Origin: Alphaproteobacteria bacterium
GTDB lineage: Bacteria; Pseudomonadota; Alphaproteobacteria; Bin95
DNA length: 64,000 nt
Assembly: GCA_965205265.1 (NCBI GenBank)
Contig: CBDBGH010000003.1
Coordinates: 896,001 to 960,000 of the forward strand
Reading direction: 5' to 3'
The notes beneath the pieces were generated by a model. It was not told the DNA's origin. It worked only from the letters and a program-made list of their open reading frames with translations, and did not search any database. Both the position numbers and the translations under genes were made by a program. Below are positions 20,012-29,820 of this stretch, piece after piece. Every line of letters begins with the position of its first letter. Positions within the stretch are counted from its first letter, which is position 1.

Positions 20012-20956
20012 GTGGACTCCCTGATCCAGTTCGCGCAGCAGGACCTGGGTAATCCGGGGCTGGCGGCTCTGCTGTCCAACCCCTCCTTTGCCTTTATCCA
20101 GCTCATGAATTCCTTCTCGCAGGCGATGAACCTGTTCATCATCGCCGCGGGCCTGTCGCTGATCTTCGGCGTCCTGCGCGTCATCAACTTTGCGCATGGC
20201 GCCTTCTACATGTTCGGCGCCTATATCGTTTATTCCGTGGCCCAGGAGTGGACCGGCAATTTCTGGCTGGGCGTTGCGGCTGCGGGCCTCGGACTTGCGG
20301 TCATGGCGGTCGTCATCGAGCGCGGGCTCTTCCAGTATATCTACGACAAGGAGCACCTGATGCAGCTGCTCCTGACCTTCGCCGTCGTGCTGATCCTCTC
20401 CGATGTCGCCAAGATAATCTGGGGGACGGACCAGTACAGCGTCTCCTATCCGCAGAGCATGAAGGGCGCAGTCGATCTCGGCGTCACCTTCTATCCGACC
20501 TACCGCCTGTTCCTGATCGTGGTCGGACCCGCCATCGCCATCGGGCTCTGGCTGTTCACCGAACGCACGCGCTTCGGGCGCCTGACGCGCGCGGCGACGC
20601 AGGACCGCGAAATGCTCTCCGCCCTCGGCGTCAATGTGCCGATCATCTACACCGGCGTCTTCATCCTGGGCTCGGTGCTGGCCGGCATCGGCGGCGGGCT
20701 CGCCGCGCCCTTCAATTCTCCGACGCCCGGCATGGACGCGACCATCATCGTGGACTGCTTCGTCATCGTCATCGTCGGCGGCCTCGGCTCGATCTGGGGC
20801 AGCTTCATCGGCGCGATCATCTACGGGCTCGTCTTCAACTACGGCTCGGTGATCGTGCCCAACTGGCAGGACGTGTTTCCGTTCCTGATCCTGCTGGCGG
20901 TGCTGCTCATCCGGCCGTGGGGCCTGTTCGGAAAGCCCGAGGGAGGCAACGCCTGA
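20012..20956 (+). CDS. branched-chain amino acid ABC permease (LivH-like)
   Basis: GLSLIFG..RVINFAHG, GGLGSIWG, RPWGLFG. Confidence 0.92.
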   Translation: MDSLIQFAQQDLGNPGLAALLSNPSFAFIQLMNSFSQAMNLFIIAAGLSLIFGVLRVINFAHGAFYMFGAYIVYSVAQEWTGNFWLGVAAAGLGLAVMAVVIERGLFQYIYDKEHLMQLLLTFAVVLILSDVAKIIWGTDQYSVSYPQSMKGAVDLGVTFYPTYRLFLIVVGPAIAIGLWLFTERTRFGRLTRAATQDREMLSALGVNVPIIYTGVFILGSVLAGIGGGLAAPFNSPTPGMDATIIVDCFVIVIVGGLGSIWGSFIGAIIYGLVFNYGSVIVPNWQDVFPFLILLAVLLIRPWGLFGKPEGGNA

Positions 20957-20957
20957 G

Positions 20958-21899
20958 ATGACCGGCCGCATGACCCGCCCGGTGCTGATCGCCTGCCTCA
21001 CGGTGCTCGTGCTGCTGGCGCTGGTGCCCCTGCTGGAATCGAACTATCTGATCGACCTCTTCAACGAGATCATGATCTACGCGCTGTTCGCGCTCAGCCT
21101 CAATGTCATCATCGGCTATTCCGGCAATGTCTCCTTCGGCCATGCCGCCTATTTCGCCATCGGCGGCTACACCATGGCGATCCTGCTCACCACCTATGAG
21201 TGGCCGCTGCTGCCGGCGTTCGTCGCCGCCGTCGCCTTTTCCTTCGCCTGCTCGGCCGTGGTCGCCTATTTCTGCACGCGGCTGACCGACATCTACTTCG
21301 CCATGCTGACGCTCGCCTTCTCAATGCTGGTATGGGGCGTCGCCTTCAAGTGGCGGTCGATGACCGGCGGCGACGACGGCTTCGTCGGCGTGGACGTGCC
21401 GGCCTTCATCGCCGAGCGCGTGCCGTTCTACTATTTCTCGCTGGTCGTGATCGCCATGGCCGTGGCGGTGCTCTGGGTCATCTGCCACTCCGCCTTCGGG
21501 CGCGCGCTGCTGGCGGTGCGCGAGAATCCGGTCCGCGCGGGCTTCGTCGGCATCAACACGCGGCTCATGCGCTGGTGGGCCTTCGTCGTGGCGGGCACCT
21601 TCGCCGGCATTGCGGGCGCGCTGTTCGCCATGGTGCATCGGGGCATGTACACGGAGTCTGCCTTCTGGCCCGAGAGCGCGACCGTGCTCATCATGACGCT
21701 GCTCGGCGGCATGTACTCCTTCTTCGGCCCGGCCATCGGGGCGGCGAGCCTCTTCCTGCTCGAACGGCTGACCAACGAATACACCGAATACTGGCCCCTG
21801 GTGCTGGGGACGATCCTGCTGGCGATCCTGATGTTCCTGCCGGAAGGGCTGGCGGGGCTGGCGCAGGCGGTCCGCCGCCAGATCCTCCGGGGGCGCTGA
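20958..21899 (+). CDS. branched-chain amino acid ABC permease (LivM-like)
   Basis: SFGHAAYF, YFAMLTLAF, TGG.DG, PEGL.G. Confidence 0.92.
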   Translation: MTGRMTRPVLIACLTVLVLLALVPLLESNYLIDLFNEIMIYALFALSLNVIIGYSGNVSFGHAAYFAIGGYTMAILLTTYEWPLLPAFVAAVAFSFACSAVVAYFCTRLTDIYFAMLTLAFSMLVWGVAFKWRSMTGGDDGFVGVDVPAFIAERVPFYYFSLVVIAMAVAVLWVICHSAFGRALLAVRENPVRAGFVGINTRLMRWWAFVVAGTFAGIAGALFAMVHRGMYTESAFWPESATVLIMTLLGGMYSFFGPAIGAASLFLLERLTNEYTEYWPLVLGTILLAILMFLPEGLAGLAQAVRRQILRGR

Positions 21900-21903
21900 G
21901 GCC

Positions 21904-22659
21904 ATGCTGAAGATCGAGGGCCTCTTCAAACAGTTCGGCGGGTTCGTCGCCATCGACGACGTGTCCTTCGAGCTTCTGGAGGGCGAGAAGCACGCCATTA
22001 TCGGACCCAACGGCGCGGGCAAGACCACCTTCTTCAACCTGGTCACGGGCCATTTGCTGCCGGACCGGGGCAGCGTCGCCTTCCAGGGCGAGGACATCAC
22101 CGGCCGGCCGCCGCACCGCATCGTCAAGCTCGGCCTCGCGCGCTCCTTCCAGCGCATCAACATCTATCCGCGCATGTCGGTGTTCGAGAATGTCCAGGTC
22201 GCGCTGATCGCCCGCGAGCGCCAGGAGTTCCGCTTCTTCCGGCTCGCCGCCAGCCTTTGCGGGCCGGAGACGAACGAGCTGCTGGAACTGGTCGGGCTGG
22301 ACGAGGAGGCCGATGAGCTCGCCGGCGAACTCGCCTACGGCAAGCAGAAGCAGCTGGAGCTCGCCATTGCGCTTGCCGAAAACCCCCGCGTGCTGCTGCT
22401 CGACGAGCCGACCGCCGGCATGTCGCCGAGCGAGACCGAGGAGGCGATCCGGCTGATCCGCGAGATCGCCGACGCCAGGGGGCTCACGCTCCTGTTCACC
22501 GAGCACGACATGACGGTCGTGTTCGGCATCGCCGACCGGATCACCGTGCTCCACCACGGCGAGATCATCGCCTCGGGTGCGCCGGAGGCCGTGCGCAGCG
22601 ACCCGGTGGTGCGCCAGGTCTATCTCGGCGAGGAGGAGGGGGTGAATGGCGCAGCTTGA
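21904..22659 (+). CDS. ABC ATP-binding protein (LivG-like)
   Basis: GPNGAGKTT, ARSFQ, LLLDEPTAG, EHDM. Confidence 0.93.
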   Translation: MLKIEGLFKQFGGFVAIDDVSFELLEGEKHAIIGPNGAGKTTFFNLVTGHLLPDRGSVAFQGEDITGRPPHRIVKLGLARSFQRINIYPRMSVFENVQVALIARERQEFRFFRLAASLCGPETNELLELVGLDEEADELAGELAYGKQKQLELAIALAENPRVLLLDEPTAGMSPSETEEAIRLIREIADARGLTLLFTEHDMTVVFGIADRITVLHHGEIIASGAPEAVRSDPVVRQVYLGEEEGVNGAA

Positions 22660-23353
22660 AGCCAGGAACCTGCACACCTCTTACGGCCTGTCGCGGGTGC
22701 TGTTCGGTGTCTCCTTCGAGGTCGAGCAGGGTTCCTGCATCGCGCTGATCGGGCGCAACGGCGTCGGCAAGACCACCACCATGCGCTCGCTGATCGGGCT
22801 CACGCCGCCCTCCGAGGGCGAGGTGGTCTGGGAAGGGCGGCAGATCGCCGGGCTCGCCCCGCATGCCGTCGCCAAGCTCGGCATCGGCTTCGTGCCGGAG
22901 GACCGGCGCATCTTCCCGGAGCTCACGGTCTGGGAGAACCTGGACATCGCCCGGCGGCCGGCGGAGCCGGGGCGGCAGGCCTGGGGCGAGGACGAGGTGT
23001 TCGACCTCTTCCCCGACCTGAAAGACATCCAGTCGCGGGCCGGCGGCGTGCTCTCCGGCGGCCAGCAGCAGATGCTGACCATCGCGCGCTCGCTGATGGG
23101 CAATCCGCGCCTGCTGCTGCTCGACGAGCCTTCGGAGGGCCTTGCCCCGCGCGTCGTCGAAACGCTGCGCGAGCGCGTGCGCACGCTCAAGCAAAGCGGT
23201 CTTTCCATCGTGCTTGCGGAACAGAATCTCGGCTTCGTGCTGGCGCTTTCCGACATGTGCCATATCATGGAGAAAGGCGAGATCGTCTATTCCGGCACGC
23301 CGGACCATTTGCGGGAGAACCGCGATGTGCTCGACCGGTATCTGACGCTGTGA
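22646..23353 (+). CDS. ABC ATP-binding protein (LivF-like)
   Basis: GRNGVGKTT, VPEDRRIF, LSGGQQQML, LDEPSEGL, EQN. Confidence 0.93.
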   Translation: MAQLEARNLHTSYGLSRVLFGVSFEVEQGSCIALIGRNGVGKTTTMRSLIGLTPPSEGEVVWEGRQIAGLAPHAVAKLGIGFVPEDRRIFPELTVWENLDIARRPAEPGRQAWGEDEVFDLFPDLKDIQSRAGGVLSGGQQQMLTIARSLMGNPRLLLLDEPSEGLAPRVVETLRERVRTLKQSGLSIVLAEQNLGFVLALSDMCHIMEKGEIVYSGTPDHLRENRDVLDRYLTL

Positions 23354-24144
23354 GGGAAGCGGAGGTCTTTCGCGAGGAGGGCGTCGCCGTGCTGCGCGGC
23401 GTGCTCGACGCCGGGTGGCTCGACCGTCTGGCCGGGGCGGTGGCCGCCAACATGGCCGCGCCGGGCCCGTACGGGCGCGACCATGCCGAAGAAGGGCAGG
23501 GCAGCTATTTCGGCGACTATGTGAACTGGCGGCGCTTCCCGGCCTATCTGGAGGTCGGCCGCGAAGGGCCGCTCGGGCGCCTCGCCGGCGCGCTCACCGG
23601 GGCGGAACGGGTCCAGTTCTTCCACGAGCATGTGCTGGTGAAGGAGCCGGGCACCTCGCAGCCCACGCCCTGGCACCAGGACATGCCCTATTACTGCCTG
23701 TCCGGGGCGATGACGGTGAGCTTCTGGGTGCCGCTCGACCCGGTGCGTGCGGAGGTCTGCCCGCATTTCCTGGCCGGCAGCCACCGTTCGCGCACCGCCT
23801 GGCTGCCGCGCCGCTTCAAGACCATGGCGGCGCTGGAAGGCGACACCAGCGGTTACGAGCCCTTCCCCGATATCGACGAGGCGGCGCAGGCGGCGGACAT
23901 CCGCAGCTTCGACCTGGAGCCGGGCGATGCGGTGGCGTTCGACTTCCACACGCTGCACAACGCCCCGCCCAACCGCGCGGCGGTGCGGCGACGCGCCGTC
24001 AGCCTGCGCTATGTCGGCGAGGACGCCCGCTATCTCGAACGCCCCCACGCCGTCTCGCCGCCCTTCCCGGAGCTCGGCCTCCGCGCCAGCACCGGCGACC
24101 CCCTGCCGGAAGACTGGTTCCCCGTCGTCTGGGAGCGGGGCTGA
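23350..24144 (+). CDS. phytanoyl-CoA dioxygenase (PhyH) family Fe(II)/2OG enzyme
   Basis: GTG overlaps livF stop; TPWHQD..Y, W.PLD, GSH, TLH..P.N, RRA.S.RY. Confidence 0.88.
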   Translation: MREAEVFREEGVAVLRGVLDAGWLDRLAGAVAANMAAPGPYGRDHAEEGQGSYFGDYVNWRRFPAYLEVGREGPLGRLAGALTGAERVQFFHEHVLVKEPGTSQPTPWHQDMPYYCLSGAMTVSFWVPLDPVRAEVCPHFLAGSHRSRTAWLPRRFKTMAALEGDTSGYEPFPDIDEAAQAADIRSFDLEPGDAVAFDFHTLHNAPPNRAAVRRRAVSLRYVGEDARYLERPHAVSPPFPELGLRASTGDPLPEDWFPVVWERG

Positions 24145-24183
24145 GGAAAGTCCCCGTCCCCGCGGGACCTCGGGAGATTACCG

Positions 24184-25140
24184 ATGACCGGATTGATTTC
24201 GGAGGAGAGCAGGGGCGTTTTCGTCATCATGGCGACCCCGTTCGCCGATGACGGGGCGCTCGACCTCGCAAGCGCCGACCGGCTGGTCGAGTTCTACCTG
24301 GAGGAGGGCGTCCACGGCTTCACCTTGCTCGGCGTCATGGGCGAAGCGCCGAAGCTCTCGCTGGAGGAGCAGGCCGCGTTCACGGACCATGTCCTGAAAC
24401 GGATCGACGGGCGGGTCCCGGTCATCGTCGGGGTCAGCAATCCCGGCATGGATAATCTCGTCGCGCTGTCGAAGAGCGCGATGGACATGGGCGCGGGCGG
24501 CGTGATGGTCGCCGGCATGCCGGGGCTGAAGACGGACGAGCAGGTCGAGGGCTATTTCCGGGCGGTCGGCGAACGGCTCGGCGAAGACATACCGATCTGC
24601 CTCCAGGACTACCCGCCGACGACCACGGTGTTCCTGTCGGTTCCGGTCGTGAACCGGCTGATCGGCGCGCTCCCCCAGCTCGTGATGTTCAAGCATGAGG
24701 ACTGCCCCGGCCACCGCAAGCTGACCCGCCTCCGGGAAGCGCCGGAAACGGAGGGCGTGCGGCGGGTGAGCATCCTGACCGGCAATAACGGCCTCTATGT
24801 GCCGCAGGAGCTCGCGCGCGGCGCCGACGGCATCATGACCGGCTTCGCCTTTACCGGCATGCTGGTGGAGGTGTTCCACCTGTTCGAGAGCGGCAGGGCG
24901 GAAGAGGCGGAGGACCTGTTCGACCTCTATCTGCCGGTGTTGCGGCACGAGGCCCAATTCGGCTTCGGGCTGGCGCTCCGCAAGGAGGTGCTGCGCCGCC
25001 GGGGCACCATCGCCTCGGCCAGGGCCCGCGACCCGGGGCCCCGCATGGATGCCAGCGACCACGCGGAACTCGACGGCCTGCTCGACCGCCTCAGAGCCAA
25101 GCTCGCCGCCGCCGGCCGGCCGCTCCCGGCCGGCCTGTAG
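24184..25140 (+). CDS. DapA/NanA family aldolase/dehydratase
   Basis: TPF, G..GE, LQDYP, FK.E Schiff-base Lys. Confidence 0.88.
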   Translation: MTGLISEESRGVFVIMATPFADDGALDLASADRLVEFYLEEGVHGFTLLGVMGEAPKLSLEEQAAFTDHVLKRIDGRVPVIVGVSNPGMDNLVALSKSAMDMGAGGVMVAGMPGLKTDEQVEGYFRAVGERLGEDIPICLQDYPPTTTVFLSVPVVNRLIGALPQLVMFKHEDCPGHRKLTRLREAPETEGVRRVSILTGNNGLYVPQELARGADGIMTGFAFTGMLVEVFHLFESGRAEEAEDLFDLYLPVLRHEAQFGFGLALRKEVLRRRGTIASARARDPGPRMDASDHAELDGLLDRLRAKLAAAGRPLPAGL

Positions 25141-25212
25141 CGCGCAAGTATCGGCCAAGGGGGTCCGAATCCGGGTGGACGGGCGGCGGCCGGGGCGGTA
25201 GGCCCGGTTTCC

Positions 25213-25914
25213 ATGACCGATGCCATCGACAGGCTGGACTGGCCGGCGCTCGGGGCCGCCTTGCTGGAGCGGGGCCATGCGCGGGCGGAGGGCGTGTTGG
25301 CCCCGGAGGCATGCGCTGCGTTCCGGGCCTTCTGGGAGCGGGACGAGCTGTTCCGGCGGCGCATCGTCATGGCGCGGCATGGCTACGGGGAAGGCGCCTA
25401 CGCCTATTTCGCCGACCCGTTGCCGGACGGGATCCGGGCGCTGCGGGAGGGGCTCTACCGGCATCTCGCGCCGGTCGCCGGCGAAGCTATGGCCCGGCTC
25501 GGCAGGGAGGCGCGCTATCCGCCGGACCATGCCGCCTACCGGGCCGAGTGCCATGCGGCAGGGCAGGCAAAGCCGACGCCTCTGCTGCTGCGCTACGGGG
25601 AGGGCGGCTACAACCGCCTGCACCGCGACCTTTACGGAGCGCTCGCCTTTCCGTTCCAGGCGACCTTCCTGCTCTCGCAACCCGGCACCGACTTCACCGG
25701 CGGCGAGTTCCTGCTGGTCGAGAACCGGATGCGGATGCAGGCCATGGGCGAGGCGGTGCCGCTGGAGCGGGGCGATATGGTCGTCTTTCCGGTGCGCGAC
25801 CGGCCGGCGGCGGGCAGGCGCGGCTACGTCCGGGCGGACATGCGCCACGGCGTCTCCCGTGTCCGCTCGGGCGAACGCTTCACGCTCGGCATCATCTTCC
25901 ACGACGCCGCATAG
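25213..25914 (+). CDS. 2OG-Fe(II) oxygenase (DUF2086/prolyl hydroxylase-like)
   Basis: PTPLLLRY, LHRDLYG, FTGGEFLL.E, RHGVS..RSG.R.TLGIIFHDA. Confidence 0.9.
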   Translation: MTDAIDRLDWPALGAALLERGHARAEGVLAPEACAAFRAFWERDELFRRRIVMARHGYGEGAYAYFADPLPDGIRALREGLYRHLAPVAGEAMARLGREARYPPDHAAYRAECHAAGQAKPTPLLLRYGEGGYNRLHRDLYGALAFPFQATFLLSQPGTDFTGGEFLLVENRMRMQAMGEAVPLERGDMVVFPVRDRPAAGRRGYVRADMRHGVSRVRSGERFTLGIIFHDAA

Positions 25915-26021
25915 CCTCGGCCGCCTTCCGCGCGGCGGGTTGGAGTCGTAGATTGGGATTGCAATTTGTTCACAATATCAGAAAAATTACTTATTATCTC
26001 TTGAATTCAGGGAAACATCAA

Positions 26022-27079
26022 CTAGAGCGGAATCCGATCATGTTGCGGAGTATCCTGCGGCGTTGAAGTAGTTTTTGCATTCTTGCGGTGAGAAGGTCTG
26101 GGAGATTTGTCCGATGGTGTTCCAGAGGCCGTCGACAGTTCTCTCGGCAGCTTTTCGTAGCCTTGCCTTGAGCTTTGCGAAGGCGAGTTCGATGGGATTG
26201 AAGTCAGGGCTGTAGGGCGGCAGGAAGAGGAGTTGCGCGCCGGCGTCCTCGATCATCTTGCAAACCCTGGGTCCCTTGTGGCTTGAGAGGTTGTCCATGA
26301 CGACGATATCGCCGGGCCTCAGTTCGGGGACGAGGACCACTTTGACGTAGGCCTCGAAGGCATCGCGGTCGATGGCGCCGGAGAGCACGAAGGGGGCAAT
26401 CATGCCGCGCGGCGTGAGCCCGGCGACGAAGGTGGTTGTGTTCCAGTGTCCGTGAGGGACGGCCATGCGCAGACGTTTGCCGCGCGGGGCCCAGCCGTGG
26501 GTGCGGGCCATGTTGGTCTTGGCCCCTGTCTCATCGATGAACACCAGCCGGTCGGGGTCGAGGCCGGGCTGGCTGTCGCGCCAGGTGCGCCGTCGGCTCA
26601 GCACGTCCGGGCGATCCTGCTCCGCCGCCTGGCCGGTCTTTTTTTGCGCGTGATGGCGTGGCGCACGAGGAAGCGCTGTATCGCCCCGTAGCTGAAGGCG
26701 AGGCCCCGGTCCCCGAGAGCCGCGCGCAACTCCTCGATGGTCATGTCCCGCTTCTCCTCAAGAAGACCCAGGATCACATCGCGCTGCGCTTCGATCCGCC
26801 CCGAGCGACGGTCCCCGCCAAGCGCCTTCGGGCGCGCGTCTCCCTGTTCGCGCGCCAGCGCACGCCAGCGGCTCACGCTCGCCGCACTCACCCCAAAACG
26901 CGCACCAGCCGCTCTATGGCTCATGCCCGCACATACCGCCGACAGAACCCGATTGCGAAGATCAAGGGAAAGCGCTTTCGACATCTCAGCCGGCCTCCTC
27001 ATCCCGGCCGACATCTTGAATCACAAATCCTCCGCCCCGTGAATCCCCCTCGATTCAATCAGGTCAGATCATGCTCTAG
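26022..27079 (-). mobile_element. IS630-family element 1 (split transposase)
   Basis: CTAGAGC...GCTCTAG imperfect terminal inverted repeats; orfA/orfB. Confidence 0.92.
26038..26984 (-). CDS. IS630 transposase, orfA+orfB joined by -1 frameshift
   Basis: HTH orfA (MSKALSLDLR) and DDE orfB ([20 protein letters not shown]); A7G slippery run at 26638-26645. Confidence 0.9.
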
Positions 27080-28259
27080 TATCCTGATCGAGAAGTTTAT
27101 TAGAATAAGATTATCGGTTTTGATGGAGGGCTGACCGGTGGGGAGAGCAGCGGTCGCGATTACTTTGTCGGCAGCAGAACGACGAGAGTTGGAGGGTTTG
27201 GCGCGGCGTCGGAAGACGGCGCAGGGACTGGCGCGTCGGGCTCGGATTGTCCTGGCTGCTGCTGAGGGTCTGGAGAACAAGGCGATAGTTGCGCGCTTGG
27301 GAGCGGATGCGAATACGGTCGGCAAATGGCGGCGGCGTTTTGCCGAGCGCGGGCTTGACGGGCTCTATGACGAGCCGCGCCCGGGCGCTCCGCGCAAGAT
27401 CGGTGACGAGGAGGTTGCGGAGGTCATTGCCCGCACCCTGGAAGAAACACCCCCCGACGGCACGCATTGGAGCCTGCGCTCGATGGCGCGCGCTGCAGGC
27501 TATGCGCCCTCGACGATCCATCGCATCTGGCAGGCTTTCGGCCTGCAGCCGCATCGCTCGGAGACGTTCAAGCTGTCGTCGGACCCACTGTTTGTGGAGA
27601 AGGTGCGGGACATTGTCGGCCTCTATCTCGACCCGCCCGAGCGCGCGCTGGTGCTCTGCGTCGATGAGAAGAGCCAGATCCAAGCTCTGGACCGCTCCCG
27701 CCCGCTGCTTCCCATGCGGCCGGGTCAGGTCGAGCGGCGTACTCATGACTACACGCGCCATGGCACCACCACGCTGTTCGCGGCGCTGGACATCGCCACC
27801 GGCCGGGTCATCGGCCAGTGCTTGCCGCGCCACCGCAGCCGGGAGTTCCTCAAGTTCCTGCGCACGCTCGAAGCCCAGGTCCCCGGCGAACTCGACGTCC
27901 ATCTGGTGATGGACAACTACGCAACCCACAAGACGCCCGCCGTCCGGCGTTGGCTGGCCCGGCATCCCCGCTGGCATGTCCACTTCACGCCCACCGGCGC
28001 CTCCTGGCTCAACCAGGTCGAGCGCTTCTTCGCACTCTTGACCGAGAAACAGCTCAGGCGCGGGGTTCATCGCTCGCCCCAGGAACTCGAGCAGGCCATC
28101 CGGAACTACATCGACACCGTCAACGCCGACCCGCGACCCTTCCGCTGGACCAAATCCGCCGACGACATCCTTGCCACCATCAAGCGCTTCTGTCTGCGGA
28201 CGCTGGAAACTGCCGAACGCCAGATGAAAATCATCAAAACTTCAGAATCAGGACACTAG
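27076..28259 (+). mobile_element. IS630-family element 2 (single ORF)
   Basis: terminal inverted repeats TAGTATCCTGATCGAGAAGTTT / TAGTGTCCTGATTCTGAAGTTT (reverse complement of right end). Confidence 0.93.
27138..28259 (+). CDS. IS630 transposase
   Basis: [40 protein letters not shown]; TAG stop lies in the terminal CTAG. Confidence 0.95.
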   Translation: MGRAAVAITLSAAERRELEGLARRRKTAQGLARRARIVLAAAEGLENKAIVARLGADANTVGKWRRRFAERGLDGLYDEPRPGAPRKIGDEEVAEVIARTLEETPPDGTHWSLRSMARAAGYAPSTIHRIWQAFGLQPHRSETFKLSSDPLFVEKVRDIVGLYLDPPERALVLCVDEKSQIQALDRSRPLLPMRPGQVERRTHDYTRHGTTTLFAALDIATGRVIGQCLPRHRSREFLKFLRTLEAQVPGELDVHLVMDNYATHKTPAVRRWLARHPRWHVHFTPTGASWLNQVERFFALLTEKQLRRGVHRSPQELEQAIRNYIDTVNADPRPFRWTKSADDILATIKRFCLRTLETAERQMKIIKTSESGH

Positions 28260-29313
28260 AGCAGATTCGTTTCATTTGGGTTCATATCCGCATGCAGTGA
28301 AGAAGCTTCGGGCGTCCTGTGGAGTGACAGCATCGATGGCGTCGCGGATCGCATCCCAGAGCGTATGGACGGAGCGTGCTGCGGCCTTTTTCAGGAGAGC
28401 CTTGATTTTGGAGAAGGCCATCTCGATGGGGTTGAAGTCGGGGCTGTAGGGCGGCAGGAACAGGATGCCGGCGCCTGTGGCCTCGATAGCTTCTCGGATG
28501 GCGATGGGCTTGTGGGCCGGCAGATTGTCGAGGATGACGGTGTCGCCTGGCCTCAGGGTCGGGGCCAGGACCTGTTCGACATAGGCAAGGAAGGCTGCCC
28601 CGGTCATCGCCCCATCGATGGTCATGGGGGCGAGGATGCCGTCGAGCGTGAGGCCGGCGACCAAAGTGGTGGTCTTCCAGTGACCATGGGGGACGGGAGC
28701 GCGGCAACGCTCGCCCCTGGGAGCCCGGCCATACATGCGGGCCATCTTGGTCGAGGTCCCGCTTTCGTCGATGAAGATCAGGCGCTCGGGGTCGAGCCCG
28801 GGCTGGTCTTCGAACCAGGCCTGACGCCGGCGTGCGACGTCCGGTCGGTCCTGCTCGGCAGCGTGGGCCGTCTTTTTTTGCGCGTGATGCCGCGACGCTT
28901 GAAGAACCCATGCACCACGCTGGGCGGCGGCCGGTAGCCGACCGCCTCCTCAAGCCTGGCCGCGATCTCCTGGAGGGTCAGGTCGGGCTCCACCTCAACC
29001 CACCCCATGATCAGATCGCCGTGACCCTCAATGCGCCCTGGACGGCTACCGCCGCGTGGCTTCGGCGAGAGGTCGCCTGTCAGGCGCGATTGGCTCACCC
29101 AGCGGATCGCAGACGACACCCCGACGCCAAAACGCGCCGCAGCCTGCCGACGCGACATCCCGGACTCAACCGCTGCAACCACGCGCCGACGAAGATCAAC
29201 AGAAAGAGACTGCGCCATGCGAGCTGGCCTCCTTCACCAGCCCCCATCGTGAATCACATAATCCGCCAATTGGGAATCCCTCAACGATTCAATCGCCCGC
29301 GAATTCGCTCTAG
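28256..29313 (-). mobile_element. IS630-family element 3 (split transposase)
   Basis: CTAGAGC...GCTCTAG ends; orfA/orfB related to, but distinct from, element 1. Confidence 0.92.
28272..29218 (-). CDS. IS630 transposase, orfA+orfB joined by -1 frameshift
   Basis: [13 protein letters not shown]; A7G run at 28872-28879; [18 protein letters not shown]. Confidence 0.9.
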
Positions 29314-29820
29314 ATTGAAGGGGCGGAGGCGTCATCCGGAGCCGCCTGCCCTTTCGCTCTGGCGCCGGCGCGGAAAAAGCCCTGAGAAGCGGACGGGGCA
29401 AGTGCGTCCTGCGTCCTGCGTCCGGCTCGCGCGCGCGGGCGCACCCGGGCAATCAGGCGCGCGATTCGCGCCGCCGCGAAACGCGCGCCCACGAGCGCGG
29501 GCGCAGGCGCGCAGGATACGCGCGAATAAGGGTCCGCTGCTCGGGGAGACCGGCGGCGGAAAGAACGGAACGAAGAAGGATCGGAAGGAAGAACCCATGC
29601 CGAAGACGCAGAGGCGGGAAACCGGGATGGAATATCCGGAGCGCCTTCCGGGAGCGATGCTTCCATGCCGGAAGCGACGGCAGGATATGCGCCGCTCGCA
29701 TGCGGACCATGACATTCCATGACACCTCGTCGGGGGGCTGCGCATCCGTTGCAGGCGAGAGTGCGTTTCCCCGCGCAGGGGAAGGCGCTTAGACTGGTGA
29801 AAGACAGGAGGGTTCGATCG

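Noticed and set aside
26038-29218. IS630 elements 1 and 3 as frameshifted pseudogenes
   Set aside because: Identical slippery motif at the same position in both, with intact ends and DDE motifs
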